A DNA stretch of 64,000 nt from Cetorhinus maximus (lineage: Eukaryota), in contig NC_135886.1 of the NCBI RefSeq assembly GCF_964194155.1, positions 81,468,001 through 81,532,000 of the forward strand. The letters run 5' to 3'. Position numbers and translations under genes: made by a program. The notes beneath the pieces were generated by a model. It had not been told where the DNA came from and did no database searches. It was given only the letters and a program-made list of their open reading frames with translations. Below are positions 13,014 to 26,452 of this stretch, piece after piece (position 1 is the stretch's first letter; each line of letters starts with the position of its first letter).

Positions 13014-14256
13014 GTCTGTTTACACCTGTCTTTTGTGCAGACGGATTGGATGTGGCTGTTTACTGATTTCTGCTGTCTCTCTACAACTTGTTGGTTTTTG
13101 GTTCTAGGCTGCAACTAAATCAACCAGTGTTCATTTGCATGGTCTGAGCTGCACCTGTTCATGCTTTAGGCTGCCTGACATGGATGTACCTCTTTTATCT
13201 GTGTGTGTGATGTCTCCTGCTCAAGAGGAGGGACTATTGACAACATTGTTATAGGTTATGCATTTAATGCTTCAAGTGAAGAATCAGAAATGGAAATCTA
13301 ATGCGGATATATACAAAACAGAACATCACATTTAAAAACAGAGAAAGGCTAAAACAGAGAAAGGCTAAAACCAGACACTAATCAGAATTACCTTGCTCAG
13401 AGCTGGTAATTAAACCATATCCTAAGGTTCTTTAGAGACCTGCATTTCAGATCATTGTTAAGCAAATTAACGTTTTGTTATTACTATCTAAGGTAACTGA
13501 CCTATTTTAGAGACAGAAATCAGGCATATTAATGTTTTACTGGTGAGAATCAACATATGCCTCAAAAATTACATGGTTGAGAGCATACGATAACTGTATT
13601 CTGGCAACACTGCTTAGACCATGTATAATAACCGTGCCATTTTAACTTCTCAGGGTGATTTTTATTTCTCAGGGGACAGGGAATTAGCTATTGTAAAAAC
13701 ATTTTTCTTTTCAGAGGGAACCAATTTGTACATCCAATGAACACGTTACAGAAGATGTTACAGTGCAGCTTTACCAATTCATATTATGATTTGAGACAGC
13801 TGATAATACATAAATAGAGCCTTAAAGATTAGCAATATCTGGATCAAAAGATGTTGTAATAAAAAGCATTCATTGACACTGAAATTTTCAAAATCAATGT
13901 CCTTCATTTTTTACTGCTGTGTCCAACTTGGAATCAAAAATATTCTTGAGAGGTGCACTTTGAGAGAGGGAAGGAAGTAAAAAAAACAAAGAAAAATAAT
14001 GAATGAATTAGTTTATAGGACTTTATTATGCGCTCATGTCATCCGAAAGTACTTTACAACCAACTGAATACTTTTTAAGTGCAGTCACAGTTGTGCTGTA
14101 GACAAACAAAGCAGCCAATTTTCATGTAGCAATGCCCTACAAAATGCAAATGAGATAAATCACAGGACAATCTGGGCCCAATTTTAACTCTGTGTATGTG
14201 AATGGGTTTTGAGTGATTTAAAATCAGGCCCAGTGGGATACGCCAGAAATATTCTG

Positions 14257-14946
14257 AGCTGGATTTTGCAGTCAACAAGTGTAGCAGTGACACTCACCGC
14301 TGACCCTAAAGAAAGCTGTCCACTAAGATCAAGAAATCTCAGTGGCACAGACTTCCCCTTGCCCAACGTCAGTTTGAATCTTGTGCCAAGTCAAGGGGAT
14401 CTCCAGGCATCCCGCATCAATTATGTCATCAAGCAGGGTGAGTAGCCAAGTATTCTCACAGACAGCAAACCAGGAAGTAAAAATCATTAAATCCCTTCAC
14501 TTTTAATTTTTAGACAGCAAAATAAAAAATTGGAACACAGAGTTGGGATTAAATTAGAAACTGAAATATCAGAAATAAACCTCTAAAATGGAATTTCTTA
14601 CCATATTGGAGAAAACTGACATTCAACAAATATAACAAAATACTCTTTCGGGGTCAATGAGGCTGTTCAGTAGTAATTATTAAAGTACGCTGTTAAAACC
14701 TAACACACTTCACTCAACAAGATTAATTTTATCAAGGATTTTTCAGTGAGTCTAAGATGGAATTTCAAGTCAGTTCAAGGGTATCCAATTAATTACATTC
14801 TGGAGGGAATTCAACAGGGAACTCTCAGGAGAAGCATTAAGTTTAACTGCGCATCTGCAGTATCCAGAAGTTGTTACCAGTTTCAGAGCAGTAATGATGA
14901 TAAATGCTGACAGATTCACTGCCATTACCGCTGCAAAATCAGGCCA
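14257..14946. mobile_element. Non-autonomous TIR element related to 9110-10438
   Basis: Ends ctggattttgcag...ctgcaaaatcag form an inverted pair. Confidence 0.5.
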
Positions 14947-15673
14947 AAATCTAAGCAGACATTCCAGTGAGGCAACAAGGGAATGGTATAGGTGCTGTCT
15001 TTTCAATGAGAGATTAAATCCTGATCCAGTCAGCTTGACATTAAAGGCCTCATGGCACTATTTAAAAAGAGCAAAGGAGTTCTCCTGGTGTCCTGAACAA
15101 CATTTATCTCTGACTCAACATTATTTAGAAGGATAGATTACCTGGTCATTTATCTCATTGCTCTTTGTGGTATCTTGCTGTGTATAAATTGTTTGCTACA
15201 TTTGCCTATACAATAACTGCAACAATACTTTATAAGTACTTCATTGACTATAAAACTCTTTGGGACATCCTGAGTTGCGAAAGGCACCAGTTCTTCTTAA
15301 ATTTATTCATAAGCCAATGTCCCTCTGCCTGAGCACACAGTTATTAATGAATCTATGGTGCTATTAAAAGAAGAGCAGGGAGTTATCGTGCATCCTGACA
15401 TACAATTCCTCCCTCATTCCCACCATCAAAAGTAATTATCAGGTCATACTCTGCCCTTTGTGTGACCCTGTTTTACGCAAGTTAACTGACATATTCTGCA
15501 GTAATTGATTACATTTCAAAATCAATTAGCCAGTTGTGAAGTCCTTTGGAAGCTGATATGTTACGGAAATTTAAGTTTGTTCTCGTTTTCCCTTACATAT
15601 TGTAGTTGTAAAAAAATGAATAAGTTCAATGTATGCATGTAACATGATGTAGTTGCATAAACAATTCCATATA

Positions 15674-18600
15674 TGTTATATGTTGGTTGGAATGGCTGAT
15701 GAATGGTTGCTGAGACATTGTTATGTCTAAACAATAACTGGTTTATTAGATATCACAGAACTATATAGGTATTCATGACTAAATGTTACTCTGTGAAAGC
15801 TAGAAACATCCTCCCTCTCAACTCTTGGTCATGTGTCTCTTACATCATCATTATGGGCGTTGCTGCTTAGGCACTCCCACACATTAACTCTTTCAACTCT
15901 AATACTACATCTCTCCCCAAGTCTTTGTCCAATTATTTTTTACATTCGTATTTACATACTACCCCATCTCCCCCCCAAGTCTCTGACTTCATAGATTCAA
16001 TCTGTCAGGAGGCTTCATGACTCTCCCTGATCATGTTCTTGTCAGACTTGTAAGATCAGCAGTCTGTCTTTGAACTTTTTCTTGATTAGGTTGGTCTTCG
16101 TTGAGAGTTGCAGTATTTGTTTTTTTGTCAACTTCTGACTCAACATCTGGTTCTTCCAAATGTATGGCTGATTGGCATCTTTGAGGAATAAAGATAAGGT
16201 TCCTCCTGTTTCTTCATATAGTAACTTCTGAAGTATGTGCAAAATAAGATCCCTGCTGATTATCATCTCTCTGGATTATTACTCCTTTGCTTTATACTGG
16301 CTTCTGGATCTAGACTTGATCCTTTTCTTCCTCTCTTTGCTGTTATACAGTTCTCGACTTGTCTCTCTCTCTTGATTGGATTTTGTAGGTTTTCCCTCTC
16401 GTTGCATTGAGGTGGCCTTAGTTCATTTGAATGGTCTTTTCTTTCTTTACTTCTGGAGCAATAATGACTCCTTGTAGTCACTCATTCTCAAACTCTCAGA
16501 TAATCCTGGACAGCTACCTCTGGAAATAATTGTTTAGGTAGAATGGGAAACTGTGAGGATCAATATCTTGGTTTCCCTCAAAACCCAGCAGGTGTGGTAT
16601 AGCAATAAGGTCTTCCAAAGTAGAAAAGGCGGACATTGCATGTCTTGGTTCTGTGTCTAGTTTTGGACTTGTTTGGCTGCTAGCATTCTTGACTACCACT
16701 TTTGATGGATGGATAGGTGCAGGTGTACTTTCAAAAGATCACTGCTGTTGGATGAATGTGGTATTGGAACAGAGTATTCCGTCACCAAGCAGTACTACAA
16801 AATAATGAATGATCATTGGCTTATTCATGTATTCTCCGGTCTAGTTGGTTCACTGTGCCTTCGGTGTGAGCCAGTCCACTCACCCTCTCCTGGACATCTT
16901 CCAAACTGGCTGGATCATCAATCTCTGTGAACAGGTGTCAAAAAAATCAGTGCTGAAATCCCAATCCAGATCTCCAGTGCAGCTGGAGAGTTTCAGGGAT
17001 TCAGTTCTGAAGTCATCCTTGGATGTTTGTTGGCTGACTTCACCCACTTTCCTTATAAGATTAAGGTCTTTGCAGGCGCTTTGACTTAAAATAGGGAATT
17101 CCTGATTCTGTAGAACATGCAATATGTCCAGTATCAGCTTTCCCCTGTGCCGGAGTATAACGCGTAATGTTCCCTTGACTTGTAGTTTGATCCCTCCTGG
17201 ACCATAAAGGTGGGTTTCTGTTGGCTCCAGGCATTGTGCCTGATAAAGGCAACACACCTGTCCCATAGGGCAGGGAGTGGTGTGGTGGTAATGTCACTGA
17301 ATCGATAATCCAGAGGCCCAGGATAATGCTCTGGAGGCGCAGGTTCAAATCCCACCATGGCAGATGATGGAATTTGAATCAAATCTGGAATTAAAAGTAT
17401 AATGTTAACCATGAAACCATTGTCGGTGGTCATTAAAAACCCATCTGGTTCACTGATGTGTACTTGGTCTGGCCTACATGTGGCTCCAGACCCACAACCC
17501 ACAATGTGGTTGACTCTTAAAGTGCCCTCTGAAATGGCCTAGCAAGCCACTCAGTTGTATCAAATCGCTAAAAAGCCTAAATGGAATGGAACCAGATGGA
17601 CCACCTGGCATTGACCTAGACAACAGAAACGACAACAGCCCTGTCGACCTTCAAAGTCCTCCTTACTAACATCTGGAGGCTTCCCCAGAATTGGGAGAGC
17701 AACAACCTGACATAATCATGCTCACGGAATCAGATGGCCCCAGACACCACCATCACCATCCTGACAGGTGGCAACACAGTGGTATACAGTCAGGAGTCCT
17801 CATCATCAACTCCGGGCCTCATGAAGTCTCATTGCATCAGGTCAAATATGGGCATGGGAACCTCCTGCTGATTATCAAGTAACGCCGCCGCACCCCCCGC
17901 TTCACCCGCCATCAGCTGATGTTGAATACCATTTGGAGGAAGCACTGAGAGTGACAAGGGCGCAGAATGTAGTCTGGCTGGGGGGGTACTTCAATGTCAG
18001 TCACCAAGAGAGGCTCAGTAGCACCACTACAGGCCGAGCTGGCCAAGTCCTAAAGGACATAGCTGCTATACTGGGTCTACAGCAGGTGGTGAGGGAACCA
18101 ACAAGAGGAAAAAACATACCTGACCTCATCCTCACCAACCTGACTGCTGCAGGTGCATTGTCCATGACAGTGTCAGTGGGAGTGACCACCACAGTGTCCT
18201 TGTGGAGATGAAATTCCATCTTTACATTGAGGATACCCACATCCTGTTGTGTGGTACTACCACCTTGCTAAGTGAGATAGATTTTAAGCAGATCAAGTAA
18301 CTCAAAACTGGGCACCCATGAGGCGCTGTGGGCCATCAGAAGCAACAGAATTGTACTCAACCACAATCTGTAACCTCATTGCCAGGCATATCCCCCACTC
18401 TACCATTACCACCAAGCCAGGTGATCAATCCATGCTCAATGAAGAGTGCAGGAGGGCATGCCAAGAGCAGCACCAGGCATACCTAAAAATGAGGTGTCAA
18501 TCTGGTGAAGCTACAACACAGGACTGCTTGTGTGCCAAACAGCATAAGCAGCAAGCGATAGACAGAGCTAAGCGATTCAACAACCAACAGATCACTACTA

Positions 18601-21020
18601 AGCTCTGCAGTCCTGCCACATCCAGTCATGAATGATGGTAGACAATTAAACAACTAACAGGAGAAGGAGCCTCCACAAATAGCCCCATCCTCAATGATGG
18701 GGGAGCTCAACACATCAGTGCGAAAGATAAGGCTGAAGTATTTGCAACAATCTTCAGCCAAAAGTGCCAAGTGGATGATCCATCTCGGCCTCCTCCAAAG
18801 GTCCCCAGCATCACAGATGCCAGTCTACAGCCAATTCAATTCACTCCATGTGATCTCAAGAAACAGCTGAAGGCACTGGATACTGCAAAGGTTATGGGTC
18901 CTGACAATATTCTGGCAATAGTACTGAAGACTTGTGCTTCAGAACTTGAGACTCCTCAGCCTAGCTACTGGCATCTACCCAGAAAATTACCCAGGTATGC
19001 CCTGAACACTAAAAGCAGGACAAATCCAACCCGCCCAATTACCACCCCGTCTACTCTCGATCTTCAGTAAAAAGATGGAAGGGGTCATCAACAGTGCTAT
19101 CAAGCGGCACTTGCTTAGCAATAACCTGCTCATTAACACTCAGTTTGGGTTTCGCCAGGGCCACTCAGCCCCTGACTTCATTACTGCCTTGGTTCAAACA
19201 TGGACAAAAGAGCTGAACCACAGAGGCGAGGTGAGAGTGACTGCCCTTGACATCAAGGCAGCATTGATCGAGTGTGACATCAAGGACCCCCAGCAAAACT
19301 GGAGTCAATAGGAATTGAGGGGAAAACTCTCCACTGGTTGGAGTCGTACCTAGCACAAAGGAAATGATTGTGATTGTTAGAGGTCAATCATCTCAGTTCC
19401 AGGACATCACTGCAGGAATTCTGCAGGGTAGTGTCCTGGGCCCAACCATCTTCATTGTTTCATCAATGACCTTCCTTCCATCATAAGGTCAGAAGTGGGG
19501 ATGTTTGCTGATGATTGCACAATGTTCAGCACCATTCGCAACTCCTTACATACTGAAGCAGTCCATGTCCAAATGCAACAAGATCTGGACAATATCCAGG
19601 CTTGGGCTGACAAGTGGCAAGTAACATTCTTGCCACACAAGGGCCAGGCAATGTCCATCTCCAACAAGAGAGAATCTATCCATTGCCCATTGATATTCAA
19701 TGTCATTTCCATCACTGAATCCCCCACTATCAACATTCTGCGGGGTTACCATTAACTAGAAACTGAACTGGACTAGCCATGTAAATACTGTGGCTACAGG
19801 AGCAGGTCAGATTCTAGGAATCCTGTGGCGAGTAACTCACCTGACCCCCCAAAGCCTGTCCACCATCTCCAAGGCACAAGTCAGGAGCATGATGGAATGC
19901 TCTCCACTTGCCTGGATGAGTGAATGAATTTATCTGAGGTCTCATCAATGTGCTGTCTTGCAATATCATCTCCTATTGTTCATATGGAGTAATGTATTGA
20001 CTTGTTCATCTTCAGACTTATTGTCCAACCCTGAAGCAGTTCAGAACCTCATAAATCTTTTTCTCCAAAGTGCCCAATTTGAGGTTGATTTAGTCCTCCC
20101 ATAGGTAATGTAAGCTTTGAGGTGCTTTGCCCTGAGTTTTAAACTTTTCTTGTAATTGCTGCTTTCCCGTGCTGATCAGCCTTTCCCTGAGACCCGCTGC
20201 AGTCGCTGTCTCTATTCGGTATTTATTTCTTAGACTCTGAAAAGCCTTTTAACTCTTTGCTTGAAGTTATTGAAATACTCTCTTCTCTCCCTTCCCATGG
20301 AACTTTGAGTATTTGAAACTTTATTTTATTAATTTGCTCCTCGTGGTCACCAAGTGTTTTGGCGCCAACTTCAGACCTGGACTGCAGGGTGTATTGAAAC
20401 CTGTGCCTGTTAGGGATGCAATTTGCCCAGTGTTGCCTGTCTAGTGTGCTGTCAAAATGAAGCTTTTACCCTTTTTAAGGGCTGCTCACCAGTTCCACGA
20501 TCTTGCTTAGTTCTCCGACTCTATTGCTGGATCAGGATTTTATTCACGGACCACCACCATACTGTGGTGCAGCCCTTAATGAGTTGAACAGTTGATTTTC
20601 TGACTCTTTCTACCTCCGTTGCATGTATGGAGCAACCTTGGAGTTCTTCAACCGTGCCTTACCAAGTTCTGCAATTTTGACGTCACTTTTCCAGTCAGAC
20701 TTGCAAACTTCTTTAAAGCTATGTATATTGTAGTATTGTATTGTAGTTTTGGGGTCCTTCACAGCTGCCACCATGTTGTATGCTGGTTGGACTGGCTGAG
20801 GAATGATTGCTGAGATATTAGTATGTCTAAACAATAACTGATTTATTAGATATAACAGAACTATATACAGATATACATGATATACATGACTAGGTGTTAC
20901 TCTGCTAAAGCTAGAAACATTCTCCCTCTCAACTCTTGGTCATGTGTCTCTTACATTATCATTATGGGTGGTGCTATTTACACAGTTCCACACATTAACT
21001 CTTTCAGCCATAATACTACA
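15674..21020 (-). mobile_element. Decayed Ty3/Gypsy-type LTR retrotransposon with both LTRs
   Basis: Direct repeats 15674-15909 and 20774-21020 with TG...CA ends and TSD ATATA on both sides. PBS-like TGGTGGCAG follows the 5' LTR and PPT GGGGAGAGA precedes the 3' LTR. Protease-region remnant LYGPGGIKLQVKG...ACKDLNLI (ORF 16880-17266). Confidence 0.88.
17271..19922 (+). mobile_element. CR1-group LINE with tRNA-like 5' head, nested in the LTR element; 3' end missing
   Basis: A-box-like 17278-17288 and B-box GGTTCAAATCC 17342-17352. Then APE remnants (QQPDIIMLTE, GYFNV) and RT remnants (QFGFRQG, ALDIKAA, MFADD). Confidence 0.85.
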
Positions 21021-21239
21021 ATATACATAGTTAATTCATTGTTTTTCAAGTTAGTTATTTTGGTTAAGTTCAAAAGTTAATGTTTTGCTTTATTTTGATG
21101 CTTTCATGCAAAGAAAATCAGTTACAGGTACTCTCACTGCTCCTGATGATGGATTGCTAGTTTTGTGTGTGCATTTATTCCCTTCCCATTGTTACACCAG
21201 GGTTGATGGGGAAAAGAAAACACATGAGGATTAGACAAC

Positions 21240-21600
21240 CATTGTCTCATAGGCCCTCAAACTTATTGGACAATTTCAAGGGCTGAGGCTCCTCCAATTC
21301 TACCTTCTCAATCCCCTTACCTGCTTCACTCACAGGCTCACGGTCCTGTCCCTGACCACCGACAAAATCAGAAGATCCTAACCCAAGGGGTGTGACCGCT
21401 TCCACAAAGTGTCCAGGTAACTTGCCCCTCCCTGATGCATCGGAGTGTCTGCTGCCCGGCCTCCAGCTCAATGACTCTGAGCCGAAGTTCCTCAAGCCAC
21501 TGATATTTACTACAGGCATGTTTGCTCTGGATCACACTGGTGTTTAGAAACTCCCACATTCAGCAATTGCAACACATCACCTGCCCTGCCATCTTTATTT
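21240..21600 (-). mobile_element. CR1 ORF1 fragment
   Basis: MWE...CSK...LEELRLRVIELE and LSNKFE motifs, similar to the ORF1 at 38000-38600. Confidence 0.65.
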
Positions 21601-22724
21601 TGTAATTTATGATAAATAAACCTTACTGCTCCCAATGAACTTTACTACTACTGGTAAACTATACTAATAAAACCTCACAATTACTAATAAATTACCCGGG
21701 TTTTGAAAGATAAATGAGCAAATTATTCACCACTTACCTGCTTCTTCCCTCCCTTACCCCACCGAATTCCCTTACTCACCAAATTCCCAACTTCACATTT
21801 TACTTTGCTTCTTTGCATGTTTTTGTATCTAATTTATATCTTTATCATGGTAGAAATTTTATTTTCAATATAAAGTCCTAGTTTAATTTTAAAAAAGCAA
21901 AACAGGTAAAACCATTTTTCCTGTTTCCATTCACCTTCTTGCTATTGTTTTATTGCTAGGCTCAAGATCTACTAATTAAAATGAGTGATCCGTTTGTATA
22001 GTTTAATTGGTAGTTTTCATTCCTGCTTTTGATTGGTATATTCCTTATTAATCAGTATAATTCCTTGTCTTTATGATCAAATTTGATCATAATCAGCTTC
22101 AAATATCACAAAACTTTGCACACATTAAGATGGAAGATTTCTGAATTACTAGAATAGTTCCCCAGGTTATGACAATGGATTTTTTCTTTGATAAGGATAG
22201 GATCATACCAAATAAAACACAAAGTTTTATGCATTTACTAAAGTTTAGATGTGTGTGTGTCCCTTTCTGGCTATAAAGTCTAACTGATGTTAAGTAAACA
22301 AAGGTTAATTTTTTACTCAGACTGGAAATCAGCATCCTGGCTTAGCTTGTGGAAAGGCCAATCAGGAGTCTTCAGTCTCTGCTTTTTTTCTGTTTCTGGA
22401 GCCATTTTCTATTCTTTACAAATTATTCTTTTTGTATGTTTAGAAACTGTGACATAAGTCTGATGTGTGGTGAATAGTGCATGCATTGGTATGTTTTTAT
22501 GTTACAGATAGATCTCAAGCGTTATTGCTCACAAGGGATCAGTTATAAACTGTACAAAATAGCATCAAGGCAAGTGATTTATGATGAACAAGTCAAATTA
22601 TGATTTTTTTTTTAAACACACCTTAGTCAGAAGTCTTTTTAGGATTCAATGAACATGTACAAATGGAAAGTATTTAAGGCAGAAAATGCTTTGATATCTT
22701 ACTTCAGATTAGTAGAAAGCAGAT

Positions 22725-22730
22725 TTTATT
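22725..22730 (-). promoter_or_regulatory. Candidate BRCC3 polyadenylation signal
   Basis: AATAAA on the minus strand ~1.55 kb past the stop, at the end of an AT-rich, repeat-free stretch. Other AATAAA hexamers occur nearby. Confidence 0.4.
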
Positions 22731-23292
22731 CTTAATACTGTTTAATTACAAATTACATTTTAAATACAAATATCCAATTTAACCCATACCCACATCAGTG
22801 CATATCTAGGCTGAAGTCTACAAGGCTGCTTTGGTTTATTTTCAGAGGTCACTATACTTTACCAGAAGTCACAAATGGGCAGTTAGTGCAGTTATAGTAA
22901 GCAAGCCAAAACTTTTATTATCCATGGAAACTACAGTTTGGCAAGTGCAGCACCAGTCACTGTGGGATATGGTTGAACTATTTGTCCAATGTATTCATTC
23001 AAACCCTATGGAGAATCTCAGTGCATTTCAGACTGAATTGTTTACTGTACCAGTCTAATAGCTCACCAGATGCATATTAATAACTAAATGTATTCAGATA
23101 CAGCTTGGATACCAAAAAACAGAGCTAAATGAAAGTGGTAATTCAAACTATGCCTTAGATTAAGAAATAAAAGGCACACTCAAGGTTGTTTAAGCATTGG
23201 ATAGACAACATAATAGATTGCAAAGTGGGTCTGTCACATGTATGCAATTAAGCCAAGCTATGTAGCTTTGTGGCAGGGCAATGGTTTCCCAT

Positions 23293-23425
23293 CTCATCAG
23301 TAACAGAAGAATGGTCCGTGTGCAAATTCCCTGTCCCTCTTCCCATAGCTCCTGTAATGACTTTCTTTTAGAGTTGCTGAAAAAGCTGGTCCTTCTCTTG
23401 TTGAAGTTCCAGGATATGCTGTTTG
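23293..23425 (-). repeat. Diverged duplicate of BRCC3 terminal-exon segment 24204-24343
   Basis: Encodes KQHILELQQEKDQLFQQL* versus KQHILELQREKEQLLQEL in the real exon. Shares UTR blocks ctcatcagtaacagaagaat and cctgtccctcttcc. Confidence 0.8.
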
Positions 23426-24273
23426 CCTAAGTTAATGATCCACTCAGATGTCAAAGAAAGGATCCAAAATGTTGAATTAGTCAATATAATGCGGATTGGT
23501 GACGTGCTAACACTCTGCTCCAGCTCTCAAAGCATCCGAAATATATCTGGAGTTGAGAAGAAAATTGTTTATGCACAGAATTTTCTCCACCTTACTCACT
23601 AAATCCATTCACAGTGAGAACAGTGAGAAATAAACTGTCTAGCCTCTTTCGATATATCTGAAGTCTTGTGGCATTGAAAGATTTGTTCTCCAATATCCTC
23701 CAGTTCTAAAATTTTCCAACATCTGGCGTGCATAAGAAAATCAGAGCATCTGCTGGCTAACAGCTGTCCGATATGCAGATCACAAATAAAAACACAAGCA
23801 GCCATTGTTTTGTTGACAAATTTATCACATAGTCAACAATTTTTTTCCTGGTTTTGAGAAATAATATTGATTAAACCAACTTCTATCACCACATTGTGCA
23901 ACTGAAAAAATGATTAATTAAAACATTGATAGAAAACTTGTCTATGCAACAACTTCACGTAAATAGAGCCATCAATTCCAGTGCTGGACCCCTGAAATGT
24001 GGACACCTAGGTCCAGTAATGACTGGAACAATCCCCCTTTGACACAAAAGCCAACCAAAGCTGTAATGTGTCTGCTTCCATTTGTTTGGGCATTGGACTG
24101 GGTTGATAAGCAAGTAAGATGAAGGGCAATAAAAGGAATGGGGTCTTAAACATGACATTAAAGCTTTGCTACACATCTTGGTTGCAGTCCAATAGCTTCC
24201 TTGCTCATCAGTAACAGAAGAATAATTTGTGGGCAATTTCCTGTCCCTCTTCCAACAGTTCCTACAAATCATT

Positions 24274-24425
24274 TCACTTTAAGGCCGCTAGTTCCTGGAG
24301 GAGCTGTTCCTTCTCCCGCTGAAGTTCCAGAATATGCTGTTTGTTCTGATCTAGGCGATCCTCCAGCCACTGTAGCAGAGGACCACTAATGGATGACATC
24401 TGGCTACATAGATTCTTTGTGAAAA
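24274..24425 (-). CDS. BRCC3: BRCC3 coding exon 8 (last)
   Basis: (V)FTKNLCSQMSSISGPLLQWLEDRLDQNKQHILELQREKEQLLQELAALK*, tctctag| acceptor. Confidence 0.96.
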
Positions 24426-26408
24426 CTAGAGAAATAAAAGATGAAACGCAAATATTGTCAGTCAAGGAATTTTAAAACCACATTGGGTATATTCCACATG
24501 GGTGGATATTTTTGTATCCAAAAGATAAAACAGTTGAATCCTAAGAAACATGTAACTAATTCAGAGCAAACAAGTACTACAAATGAAACTCTAAAGTATG
24601 TCACACCCTGAATTTAACCCATCCTTATTAAAAAGTACTCAGAATTACACATACTCAGTGATTTGCTCACATCTAGCAAATGTGAAGTCAAAGAGCTCAT
24701 TCACAGTTTGTACCATTTATTTTTAATTGGATCCATAATTTTACATATTAAATGGGAATATTACATTAAGGTACCTCTTCCCCATCCTTTTATTCTCTTT
24801 TAATTCACCTGTTGGGATTTATTTAATAATAGGATTGCTTCTGAGCAGGTGACTTCCAGTTTAAGATGCATCATAGCATATATCTAACAGCAGAGAACGA
24901 GAAAGTTAGCTAGATGTCAGATTTTTCAAGCAGATTTGCAACCTTTTTCTCTGTTTTAAACTAACTTAGAGGTAATTTCTGTAACATTGCCCTTTAAAAG
25001 CAAATAATCTATTGAATCAATTTGTTTGTGGAAAAAAAAATCATACATTTCACAACTCACAAGTCATGCACCCTATGATACAAAATCTCAGAAATCTCTC
25101 ACATTCTACATTCACCCATTACCAAAATCATCTATTTCAATCCAGGTAACATTACCTACTTCTGTCCCTATCTCATCGCCCTGATTGCCAATGAAACCCC
25201 CTTCCTTGTCTTTATTAACTCTAGGCTCTCAACTTCTCGAACACTGTACAAGCTTCACAAATTGCAATTCACCCAGAACTGTATACAAAAAATTCAGAAT
25301 TGTGCATATTCCTTCCACATGCGGTCAGCTATTGGCCTATGCATTTGTGGGGTGGGTTGGGGCTGGAGTTGCTGGGGTCCTGAGGGACAATAGCCTAGTA
25401 AATTTTGAACTTTTGAAACTACCCTAATAATCATCCTTTCTCTTCCAGTTAGAAATTATATTGCTGTATTCCGTACAATACGCTGGCGCTTTTTTTCCCA
25501 CCACCCTCAGTACAACAGCACTCTTCCCTTTTCCCCCCATTTAAAAATGCTGAGCATTCAAAGAAAGGATTAGCTTTGTTCACTATAATCACTTTACATC
25601 AACAGCTGTACTAAGATAAGACGTTAATCAACAGTGAAGAATGCATATCCAATAATGGGCAAGAAGTGCACACACACAGACGGGTAACATAGAGCTCTAA
25701 TTCAGGGTAGCAATTTCACAAGACACTCCACTTTTAACCTAGCGCCATCAGTTCTACCGATCAACTATAATTCCACAACTATAATATGACATGCACTCTT
25801 GTGTAATCTGTAATCAATCTGTGGCATAGCTCCAGACATGCTCCAAGCGTATTGCAAACACTATAACATTTTCAATATCACTGAAAATCAGGCACCTCAC
25901 AGAAGCATCTTAAACATTTCCTCAATTTAAAAAACATGTCTGCTTATGGCTGCAGTAATTCTTCAAGGTGCACTTGAACATAAAGCTGAACATTTTTCTG
26001 AACACTGCATAAGTACTCAAAGAACACCAATGGCAAAGCTTCAAATGTCACCTCTCTCAGTGCTGTTCTCTGTAATTTTGTGTCTTCTATATAGAAGTTT
26101 GGAGGTCTTGTGGCATAGTGGACACTAAGAAGGATTAGACATTTAAGCAAATAGTTAATCATTCTTCCTGCAGAAAACCCTTGTAAGCTGAGGGGGAGGG
26201 GGGAGAAAAGAACCCATCTGTAAATGGCTCTCTTTTATTTCCAAAAAGTTCCCTCCACCTTATTATAGCTTCTTCAACTCTTTCTGTTTCCCCAGCAATC
26301 ATCAGGATCAAAGATGCAAGTCTCCAACTATACTCTTCAATTATGTCACTCAGTGTGCAATTTATTTTTTTAAAAATAAGGTTTTGCAGACATTGAGCCA
26401 TCATCTAC

Positions 26409-26452
26409 CTGATCCATTGTGAATCTTGGTTATAGGGTCCAGGTGTGTCAGG
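26409..26452 (-). CDS. BRCC3: BRCC3 coding exon 7
   Basis: (S)LTHLDPITKIHNGS(V), 44 nt, tttcag| and |gtagat. Confidence 0.95.

Noticed and set aside
13337-13372. Short direct duplication aaacagagaaaggcta upstream of MAO
   Set aside because: Ordinary slippage-type duplication with no recognisable motif.
17278-17357. tRNA gene
   Set aside because: A/B-box spacing is extended, no clean cloverleaf is visible, and it is embedded in a repeat family.
23955-24272. 105-aa ORF right after the BRCC3 stop
   Set aside because: No recognisable homology, and the duplicated copy of this UTR does not show a matching conserved peptide.
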